Source: Myxococcota bacterium (GTDB lineage Bacteria > Myxococcota_A > Polyangia > Nannocystales > Nannocystaceae). From it: 64,000 bases of DNA. Of this stretch, positions 20,155 through 29,733 are shown in pieces. The notes under the pieces were generated by a model that worked only from the letters and a program-made list of their open reading frames with translations, was not told the origin of the DNA and did no database searches. Position 1 is the stretch's first letter. Every line of letters begins with the position of its first letter. Where the stretch lies: assembly GCA_039194325.1 (NCBI GenBank), contig JBCCWC010000011.1, positions 66,174-130,173 on the forward strand, read 5' to 3'. Made by a program: the position numbers and the translations under genes.

Positions 20155-20297
20155 GCCGGGGCTGCTAGGCCGAGGCCGGTAGGGGATGCGCGACTTCGTC
20201 GCGCCCGGCCTCGGTCTTGCTCGTCACGAACGCGAAAAAGCCCGAGCGTGGGCTCGGGCTCTTCGTGTGATCGCGGGCGAGGGGCTCGTTCGTGCCG

Positions 20298-20885
20298 CTA
20301 GCGGCGGCGACGCTTGAGCTTTTGCTCGGACAGGGTGCCGCGGTGCTTGTTGCCCTCGGCGTCCTCGCAGACCACCTCGAGGCCCTTGAGCCCAACGGGG
20401 ATCCCCAGGGCTCGCCGCACGAGCAGCTTGGCCGACTTGGCCTCGCATTGCTCGACGCGCGTGCCGTCCTTGGTGGTCACGTCGGCCACGGCGATGGCCT
20501 CGCCATTGTCGCCGAGCACCACGTCGAAGCTCCATCCGCGGCGCTCACCGCGCAGGGTCACCCCGAAGCGCTTGGCGCCCTTGCGCTCGTACTCCAGATC
20601 GACAAAGCGCCGCACGCCCTTGCCAAAGGGGCTGCGCTCGTCGTTCTCCTTGCTGTGCAGCCACCACATGCGGACCTCGGAGAGCGCGTCGGGCTGCTCG
20701 GCGAGGGTCCACGAGTCGACGACGATGTCGTGGTGGTTCTTGCCGAAGTCGGGATCGATCCGCAGCACCTCTTGGTGCATCAGCCCGTCGGGCGACAGAT
20801 CGGCGACGCTGGTCTCGACCCAGGGGACCCGGGGGGCCATCGATACGCTCAGGAGCAGGGCGCTGGTGAGGAGCTTGGTGATCAC
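20298..20885 (-). CDS. Hypothetical secreted protein
   Basis: Signal-peptide-like N-terminus, GC3-rich codons, and it fills the gap between flanking genes. Confidence 0.7.
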   Translation of the reverse strand: MITKLLTSALLLSVSMAPRVPWVETSVADLSPDGLMHQEVLRIDPDFGKNHHDIVVDSWTLAEQPDALSEVRMWWLHSKENDERSPFGKGVRRFVDLEYERKGAKRFGVTLRGERRGWSFDVVLGDNGEAIAVADVTTKDGTRVEQCEAKSAKLLVRRALGIPVGLKGLEVVCEDAEGNKHRGTLSEQKLKRRRR

Positions 20886-21217
20886 AGTGCTTGCCTTAGC
20901 CTAGGGGACCTGGAGCGGGGTGCGAGCGATCCTTGTCACGCGTGGGGTGAGACGGATCTCGTCGGCCGAGATTGCAGTCGGATTCGAAATGGATCCGACC
21001 ATGGACTCGAAGGGTGAGGGGCGTCACGGTGAAGCCCGCAGGGACGCTCCGGGCGCGCGCAGCGGACGGGAGGATCGCATGGGTAGTGAACCAAGGGGTC
21101 CAGACGATCACGAAAAAAGGCGCGGGACCGGCTCGGGACTCGCGGGGATCCCGTGGCCTGCGCGCTCGCGCGCACTGTCGTGTGCAGCGTGTATGGTGGG
21201 GTCTGACTGGTCGCGTC

Positions 21218-22324
21218 ATGGAACCACGTCCCCTTGGAGCCTCCGAGTTGAGTGTGTCGCCGGTGGTCTACGGCGCGCAGGCCTTTGCGCGTCGCGATCC
21301 CGCGATGCGCGTCCAGACCCTCCATGCGGCGATCGACGCGGGGATCACCAGCATCGACACGGCGCCGCTCTACGGGTTTGGGGAGTCGGAGCGGCTGGTG
21401 GGGCAGGCGATCGCCGATCGCCGCGAGTCGGTGCAGATCCTCGGCAAGGTGGGCCTTCGCTGGGACGACGACCACGGCGAGGTGTTGCTGCGTGCGCCGC
21501 AGGACGACGGGTCGACCCGGGTGGTGCGCCGCGATGCTCGGCCTGTCTCGGTGCGGCGTGATGTAGAGCAGAGCCTGCGTCGCCTGGGGATCGAGCGGCT
21601 GGATCTGTGTCAGGTGCACCACCCCGACCCGCAGGTCCCCATCGCCGACACGATGGGGGAGCTGTTGCGGCTGCGACAAGAGGGCAAGGTGCGGGCTGTC
21701 GGGGTCTGCAACTTCTCGGCGTCGCAGGTGCAGCAGGCCCAGGCGGCGCTGGGCTCGGTCCCGCTGGCGGGGGTGCAATCGGAGTACAGCCTCTTGCGCC
21801 GTGACGTCGAGCGAGACGTGATGGGGGCGGTGCACGAGCACGGGCTGGGGTTTTTGGCCTACTCGCCCCTTGTGCACGGGCTGCTGGCCGGGCGGATGGC
21901 GGCCGGGCGGCGGCGCCTGCCGACCGACGACTACCGACGGTGGGATCCCGCGTTCTTGCCCGCGAACGTGGCCCGGGTCGAGGCGGTGCGGCGCGGGGGG
22001 ATGGAGTCGCTGGCCCGGCGGCACGGGGTCAGCTCGGCCCAGATCGCGCTGGCGTGGGTGCTGCATCAGCCGGGGGTGACCGCGGTGATCGTCGGGGGCA
22101 GCAGCCCCGCGCAGGTCCGCGCCAACGCTCGGGCGGCCACGCTGGTCCTGCGGGCGGGCGAGCGCTCGGGGCTCGCGGCGGATTTCGAGCGGGTGCAGCT
22201 GGATCCCGAGCTTACGCCACGGCGTCGGGATCGATGGCGGGCGCGGGCCGAGCGGGTGGCCGAGCGAGCGTGGCAGCGCGCGGCGGCGCGTCTGCCGTGG
22301 TGGCCGTCGATGCCGTGGCGGTAG
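21218..22324 (+). CDS. Aldo/keto reductase
   Basis: IDTAPLYGFGESE, SLRRLGIERLDLCQVH, GKVRAVGVCNF, QSEYSLL, AYSPL and QIALAWVL motifs. ATG at 21218. Confidence 0.92.
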   Translation: MEPRPLGASELSVSPVVYGAQAFARRDPAMRVQTLHAAIDAGITSIDTAPLYGFGESERLVGQAIADRRESVQILGKVGLRWDDDHGEVLLRAPQDDGSTRVVRRDARPVSVRRDVEQSLRRLGIERLDLCQVHHPDPQVPIADTMGELLRLRQEGKVRAVGVCNFSASQVQQAQAALGSVPLAGVQSEYSLLRRDVERDVMGAVHEHGLGFLAYSPLVHGLLAGRMAAGRRRLPTDDYRRWDPAFLPANVARVEAVRRGGMESLARRHGVSSAQIALAWVLHQPGVTAVIVGGSSPAQVRANARAATLVLRAGERSGLAADFERVQLDPELTPRRRDRWRARAERVAERAWQRAAARLPWWPSMPWR

Positions 22325-22326
22325 GC

Positions 22327-22374
22327 CGAGCCCCCGTCGAGCCCAGTCGAGCCCAGTCGAGCCCCGTCGAGCCC
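22327..22374. repeat. ~10-bp tandem repeat (TCGAGCCC[A/C]G) x4-5, intergenic
   Basis: TCGAGCCC recurs at 22337, 22347, 22357 and 22367. Confidence 0.85.
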
Positions 22375-22412
22375 GGCTTCGGATCCTGTTGCAGGCGGGG
22401 TAGGTTGCGGGC

Positions 22413-23462
22413 GTGAGCATCACCCGCGTTTCCCTCGTCCTCAGTGTGCCCGTGGCCCTCGCAACGCTGGCGTGGCTGGGGATGAGCGCCTGTGGAGACG
22501 ACACGGCCGCGAGCTCGGGCTCGGGCTCGGGCACCACGGAGGCTTCGTCCACGGCTTCGCCTCCGACCACCGGGGCCTCCGATCCTTCGTCGGTCACCGG
22601 CACTCCGGGCACATCGAGTCCCTCGGGCACCACCACGCCCACCACATCGACGGGGGCCGACGAGACGGCCACGACCACCGGCGCGGTCGCCTGCCCCAAG
22701 AACGTGGTGCTGATGGGCTACTGGCCGCCCACCAACGAGATGCTGCGGCGGTGGAGCACCAACCCTCAGCAAAACCCCGGCGACTGGGTCGGCGAGGACT
22801 GGGAGGGCTATGGCTACGACGTGTACTCGTTCTTCCCGGAGTTTCCGCCCGACGGCGACCCCAGCAACGATTCGATCGGGGACGACGGGGCGGTGGGCTC
22901 ACCGCGCTTTGATCTGCGTGTGGACTACCAGGCCACCTCCGCCGACTTCTGGCGGCTGGTCGATACCTATCAGCCGGTGATCCTGGTGACGACCAGCCGA
23001 GGCGGCGGGATCGGCTGGGAGATCGAGGCGATCGAGGGAGGGCACGGCGGCGGCGGCGGCAACCCGGCGTTCGACTGGTCTTCGGATCAGCACGGGGCCG
23101 TCCAGTACCCCACCGAGGAGACGATCGACCCACTGTCGTGGGATGCGATCTCTACGTATCGCCAGGGCAATACGCTCGACACCCAGCTGCCGGCCGAAGA
23201 GATCTTCATGGCCACCGACAGGCTCGGGCTGACCTCCGTGGAGATCGAGTACGGGACCAGTGGCGACTTCTTGTCGGGATTCTTGGGGCTGCACGGGCTC
23301 TACTACAACGCGATCACCCCGCACAACGTGGCCGCCGGGCACATCCACGTGGGCTTTGGCCTGCCCGTGCCGACGGCCGAGACGCTGATCGAGCAGTCGC
23401 TGCGCACGATCTTGGAGCAGCATCCGGTCGACGAGGTCGACTGCCCTCCGCCGGGGGCTTGA
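22413..23462 (+). CDS. Pyroglutamyl-peptidase I (peptidase C15)-like lipoprotein with Ser at the catalytic Cys position
   Basis: MSAC lipobox and T/S linker, then VVLMGYWPP.N (cf. LLTGFEPF..N), LRVDY, QPVILV, WEIE, SGDFLSGF (cf. AGxF/YxCN) and AGHIHV (cf. GFIHV). Confidence 0.7.
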   Translation: MSITRVSLVLSVPVALATLAWLGMSACGDDTAASSGSGSGTTEASSTASPPTTGASDPSSVTGTPGTSSPSGTTTPTTSTGADETATTTGAVACPKNVVLMGYWPPTNEMLRRWSTNPQQNPGDWVGEDWEGYGYDVYSFFPEFPPDGDPSNDSIGDDGAVGSPRFDLRVDYQATSADFWRLVDTYQPVILVTTSRGGGIGWEIEAIEGGHGGGGGNPAFDWSSDQHGAVQYPTEETIDPLSWDAISTYRQGNTLDTQLPAEEIFMATDRLGLTSVEIEYGTSGDFLSGFLGLHGLYYNAITPHNVAAGHIHVGFGLPVPTAETLIEQSLRTILEQHPVDEVDCPPPGA

Positions 23463-23518
23463 GTCTTCGGCTTCGCGACCCTGGCGAGGCGGTCGTGCCG
23501 TCCTCGGTGGGTCACCGG

Positions 23519-24517
23519 TCAGCAGCCCTCGTCGTAGGGGCGGCAGTCCATCAGCAGCTCGCCGTCCTCGGTGGCTCCCAGCGCCGTGTAGTCCTCGTCG
23601 CCGCAGGCGCGCTCGCGGTGTCCGGGCTCGAGGTCGATCGCCCGACGCAAGCTGGTGGCCGCGTGGTCGGTGTCGCCGCGGCGGCTCTCCAGGGCCCCGC
23701 GGTTGAACCATCCCCAGGCGTACTGGGGATCCTCGTCGGTGGCGGCCGCGAATAGCTCGTAGGCCTCGTCGAGCTGTCCCGCCGCATAGGCCCGCATACC
23801 GGCGGCGTTGGCCAGCGTGGCACGCACCAGCGATCGGTCGGCGACGGTCAGCTCGATGTCCTCGGAGTCCCAGCACATCACGCCGTCGACGTAGTGGAGC
23901 GCGATCCAGACCGTATCGCCGTCGGGGCTTACGCGGGCATCGACGACCCGCTGGGACTCGATCCGCCAGGGCTCGTTGGCCAGCCGCTCGAGGTCGACCC
24001 AGGCCCCCCGGGGGCCGCGGACGGCCACGTGCAGGCGTAGCGCCTCCTCGTCGGTGGGGTGGGGCGAGGTGCGGAGGTAGATCTCGGTGGGCTCGCCGGC
24101 GATCGTGCCGAAGGCCCCGGCCGGGTTGGCCACCGCGGCGGCGGGCGTCAGCGGACCGAGGGCGTCGCGGGCCTTGGCCTCGTTGCGGATGAAGCGGCCG
24201 GCCTCGGCGGTGCTGATCGGCCCCTTGGGGTTTTGGGGGGTCGCCGCGTCGTACAGCGAGTCCTCGTTGTGCCACAGCAGGGTGGAGTCGTCGGCCTCGC
24301 CCACGCGCAGCTGGTCGATCGTGGCGCGGCACGAGAGCTCTCCGCCTTCGCTGCACACCAGCCGGCGGCTGGCGGCTCGACCGTCGTCGGTCCAGCCGAG
24401 AAACTCCTGGTGCGAGCGCGCGCGATCGTGGCGCAGGTCGACGATGTCCTGGCGAGCGCCGGCCACGGCGACCGACGGCAGCAGGAGCAACAGGGCGGTG
24501 GTCACGAAACGACGCAT
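23519..24517 (-). CDS. Secreted protein with C-terminal TPR repeats
   Basis: Signal peptide (MRRFVTTALLLLLPSVAVA) and TPR pattern NAAGMRAY...A.ELF..A...DPQYAWGWFNRG...A...LRRAIDLEP. Confidence 0.8.
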   Translation of the reverse strand: MRRFVTTALLLLLPSVAVAGARQDIVDLRHDRARSHQEFLGWTDDGRAASRRLVCSEGGELSCRATIDQLRVGEADDSTLLWHNEDSLYDAATPQNPKGPISTAEAGRFIRNEAKARDALGPLTPAAAVANPAGAFGTIAGEPTEIYLRTSPHPTDEEALRLHVAVRGPRGAWVDLERLANEPWRIESQRVVDARVSPDGDTVWIALHYVDGVMCWDSEDIELTVADRSLVRATLANAAGMRAYAAGQLDEAYELFAAATDEDPQYAWGWFNRGALESRRGDTDHAATSLRRAIDLEPGHRERACGDEDYTALGATEDGELLMDCRPYDEGC

Positions 24518-24705
24518 GCCCGGCTGGAATGCAACGGCCCGACCATGAAGTGATTTCGATTGGTTACGAAGGGCGCTCCTGCGCGATGACATCCATTGTT
24601 GCAATGGATGATGGGCGCGAGCTCGAGGCGTGGGAGGCTGGCGTGAATTGCGCCAGACCCGCGCTGCGATTGAACGCCGCGAGCTTCCGCCAAGCGAGTG
24701 CTCGG

Positions 24706-26292
24706 TTAGTGCCCCGTGGCGTGGTGCTCGAGCTCGGAGGTGGTGGTGTGGCTGCTCGTGCGACGGGCCAGCCGCTGGATCCGTGCGATCAGCTCCACCG
24801 GCTTGAAGGGCTTGTGCACGTAGTCGTCGGCGCCCAGCTCGAAGGCCCGGGCGATCTCCGACTCCACGCTGGCCGAGGTCAGCACCACGATAGGGACCCG
24901 GCAGTTGCGGCGATCGGCCCGCAGCCGCTCGATGAGCTCGTAGCCGTCCATGGTGGGCATGTAGCGGTCGACGATGATCGTGGCGTAGCGATGGGCGCGG
25001 GCGGCCTCCAGCGCGGCGCGCCCGTCGGCCCGGTGGTCGACCTCCAGGCCCGACTGGGCCAGCAGGTGGGCGACCATGGTGGCCATGTCGTCGTCGTCCT
25101 CGGCCAGCAGGATCCGGGGGCTGGGCATCATCTGCTCCAGGCCGGCCTCGGCGATCCGATCGCGACCGGTGCGCTTGGCCGCGTAGAGCAGCGGGTCGGC
25201 GCGAGAGACGGCCAGCTCGAGCTCGAAGTCGGGCTCGATGTCGACCACGCCTCCCGAGAAGGTGGGCGCGGGGTCACCCGAGGAGTCCTCGTGCAGGCGG
25301 TCTTGGACGTGCTCGAGCGCCAGCGTGGCCTCGGCGGCGCTCTTTTCGGGGAACGCCACGACGAACTCGTCGGGGCCCCAGCGACCGACCAGATCGGACT
25401 TTTGCAGACCGGCCTGCAGGCTCTGGAGCAGCCGCTCGATCGCCAGCTCGCCCGCCGGGGGTCCGCCCTTCTTGAGGATCTGGCGGAAGTGATCGATGTC
25501 GAGCAGCGCGAGCGCGGCGGGGGTGGGCTGGCGACGACGTCGGGCCTGCATGTGACCGAAGGCCTCGCGCAGGCCGGCCCGGTTGAGCAGCCCGGTGGCG
25601 GGGTCGCGGCGCGAGGCGGTGCGGTGCTCGTGGTGACGAGCCAGGGCGTTGGCCATGGCGGTCGAGAGGCGGTCGAGGGGCACGCTCTTGTCGAAGAAGG
25701 CCTCGGCACCGTAGGCGAGGCACTCGGACTCGATGGTGGTCTCCCGCACCTGCGAGAGCACGATGACCGGGGTGCTCGCGGTGGCCGAGTGATCTTGCAA
25801 GGTGGTCAGCAAGGTCCGACCGTCGGCGTCGGGGAGCAGGATGTCGAGCAAGATGAGGTCGTAGTCGTGCTCGCTCAGCCGCTCGAGCGCCTCGGTCGCG
25901 CTGTGGACCACGTCGAACGAGCGCTCGGGGGCGGCCAGGCCCGCCTGCAGGTACTCGGCGTAGAGGGTCTGGTCCTCGACCAGCAGGATCCGGCTGGCGA
26001 CGCCGGCCTCGACCACCGCCTGGCGTACCAGCGTGATGAGCCCGTCGAGGGCGGCGGGCAGCTGCGGATCGTCGGCGTTCTCCACCGCCGATGCGCTGGT
26101 GGAGATCAGGGGCCAGCCAAAGCTGGCGGCGGTCCCCGCCAGCTGGTGGGCGAGCCGGCGGGCGGCCACGCGGGCTGGGGCCCCGCCCTGGTGAAGGGCC
26201 GCGCGGGCGCACGAGAGCGCAGCGGCCTTGAGCGGCAGCTTGGCGTTGAAGCGCTCGACCAGCGCCCGCTTGACCTCGGGGGAGAGCGGCAT
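24706..26292 (-). CDS. Hpt-REC-GGDEF(degenerate)-REC signalling protein
   Basis: AHQLAGTAASFG (Hpt), ILLVED...LLDILLP (REC), DPATGLLNR...DIDHF...RWGPDEF...LYAAKRTGR (GGDEF-like), ILLAEDD...IVDRYMP...GADDYVHKPF (REC). Confidence 0.9.
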   Translation of the reverse strand: MPLSPEVKRALVERFNAKLPLKAAALSCARAALHQGGAPARVAARRLAHQLAGTAASFGWPLISTSASAVENADDPQLPAALDGLITLVRQAVVEAGVASRILLVEDQTLYAEYLQAGLAAPERSFDVVHSATEALERLSEHDYDLILLDILLPDADGRTLLTTLQDHSATASTPVIVLSQVRETTIESECLAYGAEAFFDKSVPLDRLSTAMANALARHHEHRTASRRDPATGLLNRAGLREAFGHMQARRRRQPTPAALALLDIDHFRQILKKGGPPAGELAIERLLQSLQAGLQKSDLVGRWGPDEFVVAFPEKSAAEATLALEHVQDRLHEDSSGDPAPTFSGGVVDIEPDFELELAVSRADPLLYAAKRTGRDRIAEAGLEQMMPSPRILLAEDDDDMATMVAHLLAQSGLEVDHRADGRAALEAARAHRYATIIVDRYMPTMDGYELIERLRADRRNCRVPIVVLTSASVESEIARAFELGADDYVHKPFKPVELIARIQRLARRTSSHTTTSELEHHATGH

Positions 26293-26405
26293 CGTGGTGG
26301 TGGTGCGAATAATGTAGGCGCAGCGATGAAAATTTCGCCAGTCCTAGTGTAGCGCGATCGGTGGAGGGGCGAGCTCGCCCGGTGGTCCGCTATGGGTCGC
26401 CGTCG

Positions 26406-26852
26406 TTACCGCCCGGTCATCGCTTGCAGCGCCGCGGCAAGCTCGCTCACTCGGTCGATGTTGCGCGGGACCACCAGCACCGTATCGTCGCCGGCCAGCG
26501 TTCCGAGCACCAGGGGGTGATCCAGCGCGTCGATATCCAGTCCTACCGCCTGAGCCAGGCCAGCCGGCGTGCGCAGCACCACCAGATGTTCGTTGTGCTC
26601 GATCCCTACCACCATGCCCGGAGACAGCGCCGAGGGCGGGCTGGTGACGAGCCGATAGACGGGCGGACCCTCGCCGGCCGCGGTTCTCTGGGCCCCCAGG
26701 CGCTTGAGATCCCGGCTGATCGTGCTCTGGGTGACCTCGTGCCCCCGCGCGGCCAAGAGGGCGCACAGCTCGGCCTGTGTGCTCGCCCGGCCCCCGCTGA
26801 GCAGCTCTCGAAGCGCGGTGCGACGCGATTGGGCGGACATCAGGGCGGACAT
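26406..26852 (-). CDS. argR: Arginine repressor
   Basis: STQAEL, VTQSTISRDLKRLG, VLRTPAGLAQAVG..ID and GTLAGDDT motifs. Its ATG overlaps the argJ stop. Confidence 0.93.
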   Translation of the reverse strand: MSALMSAQSRRTALRELLSGGRASTQAELCALLAARGHEVTQSTISRDLKRLGAQRTAAGEGPPVYRLVTSPPSALSPGMVVGIEHNEHLVVLRTPAGLAQAVGLDIDALDHPLVLGTLAGDDTVLVVPRNIDRVSELAAALQAMTGR

Positions 26853-28792
26853 CAGCCGATCGTCTGTCGGGTGATGAGGGTGCCGATCCCCTCGTCTGTG
26901 AACAGCTCGCCCACCAGGGCATGAGGGAGGCGGGCGTCGATCAGGTGCAGGGCCGGGATCCCGCGGGTGGCCGCGTGCTTGGCGAGGATCAGCAGATCGG
27001 GGTTGTCGGCCATGAAGCGGCCCCGCTCGTGGCCCATCGAGAAGGTCTCCGGGGACAGGCGCTGCACGAAGCCGTGGGCGTCGCGCAGTCCCCGTTCGGC
27101 GCCCATGGTGATCACCTTTTGCATGCCCAGCTTGATGGCCAGGTCGATCACCGCGTGGGGCACGGAGCGCTCGCGGACGAGCACGCAAAGGTGACCCCGA
27201 TCGAGCAGCCGGTTGATGGCGGAGGGATCGGGGGCCACCGGCGCGCTGAAGTGTCCGCTGTACTGGACGTGCTCGTGGATCCGACGGGCGATGGGATCGG
27301 TGGGCACGATGAGCAGCGGCCGTAGGTTGGCGTCGAGGCACAGCTCCAGATCCTGGGCGAGGTTGTCGACCAGGCCGGGGACCAGCGCCTGCGGGGGCAC
27401 GTAGATCATCATGCGCAGGCCGACGAAGCGGCGCACGTAGGCCAGGCCGTCGACCAGCAGCTGGTGCTTGAGCCGGGGCGAGTACGCCGACAGGCCGAGG
27501 TTGCGGCTGACCACCCCGTCGTGGCCCACCTCGATCTGCTGGGCTTCGTCGGCGTTGATCCGGAGGTAGTCGTAGCTGAGATCGCAGCCCAGGGCCCGAG
27601 CCTCGGCCTCGCCTCGGTGAAGATCGATCCGCCAGCGGATCGTCGTGTCGCGCATGCGCCGGTTGACCTCGGAGATCTTCACCCCGGCCGCGGGCCCCGT
27701 GGGGGTATAGAGCTCGATTCCCTGGGCCTCGATCGTGGTCTGCCGGGGATCGATCTCCAGCGCTTCTTCGAGGGCCACTTGGCCCACCGCCGCCGCGACC
27801 CGTCCCCAGTCGGGATGACCGGCGAAGGTGCTGCACTTGACCAGGCTGCTGCGGCACACGCCGCGCGCGACGAGGCGGGCGGTCCGGGCGTCGGGAGCCC
27901 CGGTGACCTCCACCTCCAAAAGGCGGGTGGCCCCCTCGCCGTCGAGCACGACCTGCTGGGCCAGGGAGGCCAGCACCGCCCGCAGCGCGGTCGTGAACGC
28001 GGCCTGGGCCTCGGGCTCTTCGACGTGGACGCCGGCGTGGCCGTTGGCGAGCACGACCACCGCGTCGTTGGTGGAGGTGTCGCCGTCGACACAGATCGCG
28101 TTGAAGGTCTCGTCGACCGTCGCCTGGAGGGTCTGCTGGAGCCACGCGGGGGCCACCGCGGCGTCCGTGCATACGAGCCCCAGGGTGGTGGCCATGTTCG
28201 GATGGATCATGCCCGAGCCCTTGGCGATACCCAGGATGCTGACCGGAGTATCGGTACCCGGCAGGGTCAGCGTGACCGCGGCCACCTTGGTGGTGGTATC
28301 GGTCGTCAGGATCGCACGGGCCATCGGCATCGGGTCGGCCCCCATCTCGTCGAGCATCGTGGGCAGGGCCCGGGTGACCAGATCCGCGGGCAGGGGGACG
28401 CCTATCACCCCGGTCGAGAGGGTGAGCACCTGCGAGGGTTCCACCCCCAGGGCGGTGGCCGACTCGCGGGCGATCTCTTCGTTGCTCTGTTCGCCCTCGG
28501 GGCCGGTCATGGCGTTGGCGTTGCCGCTGTTGATCACCACCGCGTGTACCCGGTCGCCGGGCACGAGGGTGGCGTCTCGCTCGACGCACGCGGCCCGGGC
28601 CGGGTTGCGGGTGAACACTCCGGCCGCGCTGGCGGGGCGCTCGCTTCGACACAGGCCCAGGTCGGCGCGTCCTTGCTTGATGCCACAGCGCATCGCGCCG
28701 AACACGAAGCCTTGCGGGAGGCGGACGTCGTCGCCCAACTCGAGGGCGACGGGACCAATAGTGTTGGTGGGAGCGTCGGTGGGAGCGGTCAT
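26852..28792 (-). CDS. argJ: Ornithine acetyltransferase ArgJ fused to a C-terminal degenerate acetylglutamate-kinase (ArgB-like AAK) domain
   Basis: ArgJ motifs AGVFTRN, NSGNANA, STGVIG, ILTTDT, KGSGMIHPNMATT, DGDTSTND, DGEGAT, DWGRV, GCDLSYDY. Then ~230 aa with ArgB-like LVDGLAYVRRF...HLIDARLPHALVGELFTDEGIGTLI. ATG at 28792 overlaps the argC stop. Confidence 0.9.
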   Translation of the reverse strand: MTAPTDAPTNTIGPVALELGDDVRLPQGFVFGAMRCGIKQGRADLGLCRSERPASAAGVFTRNPARAACVERDATLVPGDRVHAVVINSGNANAMTGPEGEQSNEEIARESATALGVEPSQVLTLSTGVIGVPLPADLVTRALPTMLDEMGADPMPMARAILTTDTTTKVAAVTLTLPGTDTPVSILGIAKGSGMIHPNMATTLGLVCTDAAVAPAWLQQTLQATVDETFNAICVDGDTSTNDAVVVLANGHAGVHVEEPEAQAAFTTALRAVLASLAQQVVLDGEGATRLLEVEVTGAPDARTARLVARGVCRSSLVKCSTFAGHPDWGRVAAAVGQVALEEALEIDPRQTTIEAQGIELYTPTGPAAGVKISEVNRRMRDTTIRWRIDLHRGEAEARALGCDLSYDYLRINADEAQQIEVGHDGVVSRNLGLSAYSPRLKHQLLVDGLAYVRRFVGLRMMIYVPPQALVPGLVDNLAQDLELCLDANLRPLLIVPTDPIARRIHEHVQYSGHFSAPVAPDPSAINRLLDRGHLCVLVRERSVPHAVIDLAIKLGMQKVITMGAERGLRDAHGFVQRLSPETFSMGHERGRFMADNPDLLILAKHAATRGIPALHLIDARLPHALVGELFTDEGIGTLITRQTIG

Positions 28793-29733
28793 GGGAGCAT
28801 CCTCGACATGCCAGGCAGGCCCTTGGGGGGAATCGTCAGGGGATCGGGAAGTCCCTGGTCGGGCGACAGGCCCAGCCAGAGGTTGAGGTTGTGGACCGCC
28901 TGCGAGGCGGCCCCGCGCATCAGGTTGTCGATCGCGCAGAACACTGGGACCAGGCCGGAGCGCTCGACCGGTCCGACCGCGATGAGGGCTTGGTGCGTGC
29001 CGACCACGTGCCGCAATCCGAGGTCCGGGCCCGGCTCGGACAGCACGCTGACCCACGGGTGCGCCTCGTGGGCCGCCCGCAGGCCGTCGAGCAGGTGCTG
29101 GGGGCTCGCCCGCGGGCGCACGAACGCGGTGACCAACATGCCGCGGACGATGGGTAGCAGCTGGGTCACGAAGCTCACCGGGGTGCCCAGTACGTGCTCG
29201 ATCTCGGGGATGTGGCGGTGGCGGCCCACCTTATAGGGAAAGACGTTGCCGGCCAGCTCGCAAAAGTGAAGGTCGGGGCGCAGGCCCTTGCCCGCCCCCG
29301 AAGCACCGCTGGCTCCCATGATGGCGATGGGCTCGGGATGGCACAGCCGTGCGTCGAGCAGTGGCCGCAGCATCAGCAACGACGCCGTGGGGTAGCAGCC
29401 GGGGTTGGCCACGAGCGGGGCGTTGGGGGTGGGTGGGCCCATCAGCTCGGGCAGGCCGTAGTGCGCCTGGGGATCGAGGCGATGGGCATCGGATAGATCG
29501 AGCACCCGCTGTCCGCGACGCATCAGCGCGGTCGTCCAGATCCGAGCGGCCTCCGACGGGGTGGCCAGGGCCACGCGATCGTGCGCCGCACAGGCGGCGA
29601 GCGCACGATCGTCGGGCTCGCGAGCCTCGATGATCTCCGGATCTATGCAGGGATGATGCATAAGGAGTGCATGCAGGACTTGGCCGGCATAGCCGTGGGC
29701 GCCGACGATGGCCACGCTGTATCTGCTCGCCAT
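28789..29733 (-). CDS. argC: N-acetyl-gamma-glutamyl-phosphate reductase
   Basis: IVGAHGYAG, DLSDAHRL, YGLPE, VANPGCYPT, SGASGAG, HRHIPE, RGML and IDNLMRGAASQA motifs. ATG at 29733. Confidence 0.93.
   Translation of the reverse strand: MASRYSVAIVGAHGYAGQVLHALLMHHPCIDPEIIEAREPDDRALAACAAHDRVALATPSEAARIWTTALMRRGQRVLDLSDAHRLDPQAHYGLPELMGPPTPNAPLVANPGCYPTASLLMLRPLLDARLCHPEPIAIMGASGASGAGKGLRPDLHFCELAGNVFPYKVGRHRHIPEIEHVLGTPVSFVTQLLPIVRGMLVTAFVRPRASPQHLLDGLRAAHEAHPWVSVLSEPGPDLGLRHVVGTHQALIAVGPVERSGLVPVFCAIDNLMRGAASQAVHNLNLWLGLSPDQGLPDPLTIPPKGLPGMSRMLP

Noticed and set aside
26853..28652. 748-aa ORF ending in ArgR
   Set aside because: The upstream part is an Arg/Pro-rich alternative frame of argJ. 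ArgR starts at 26852 or 26840.
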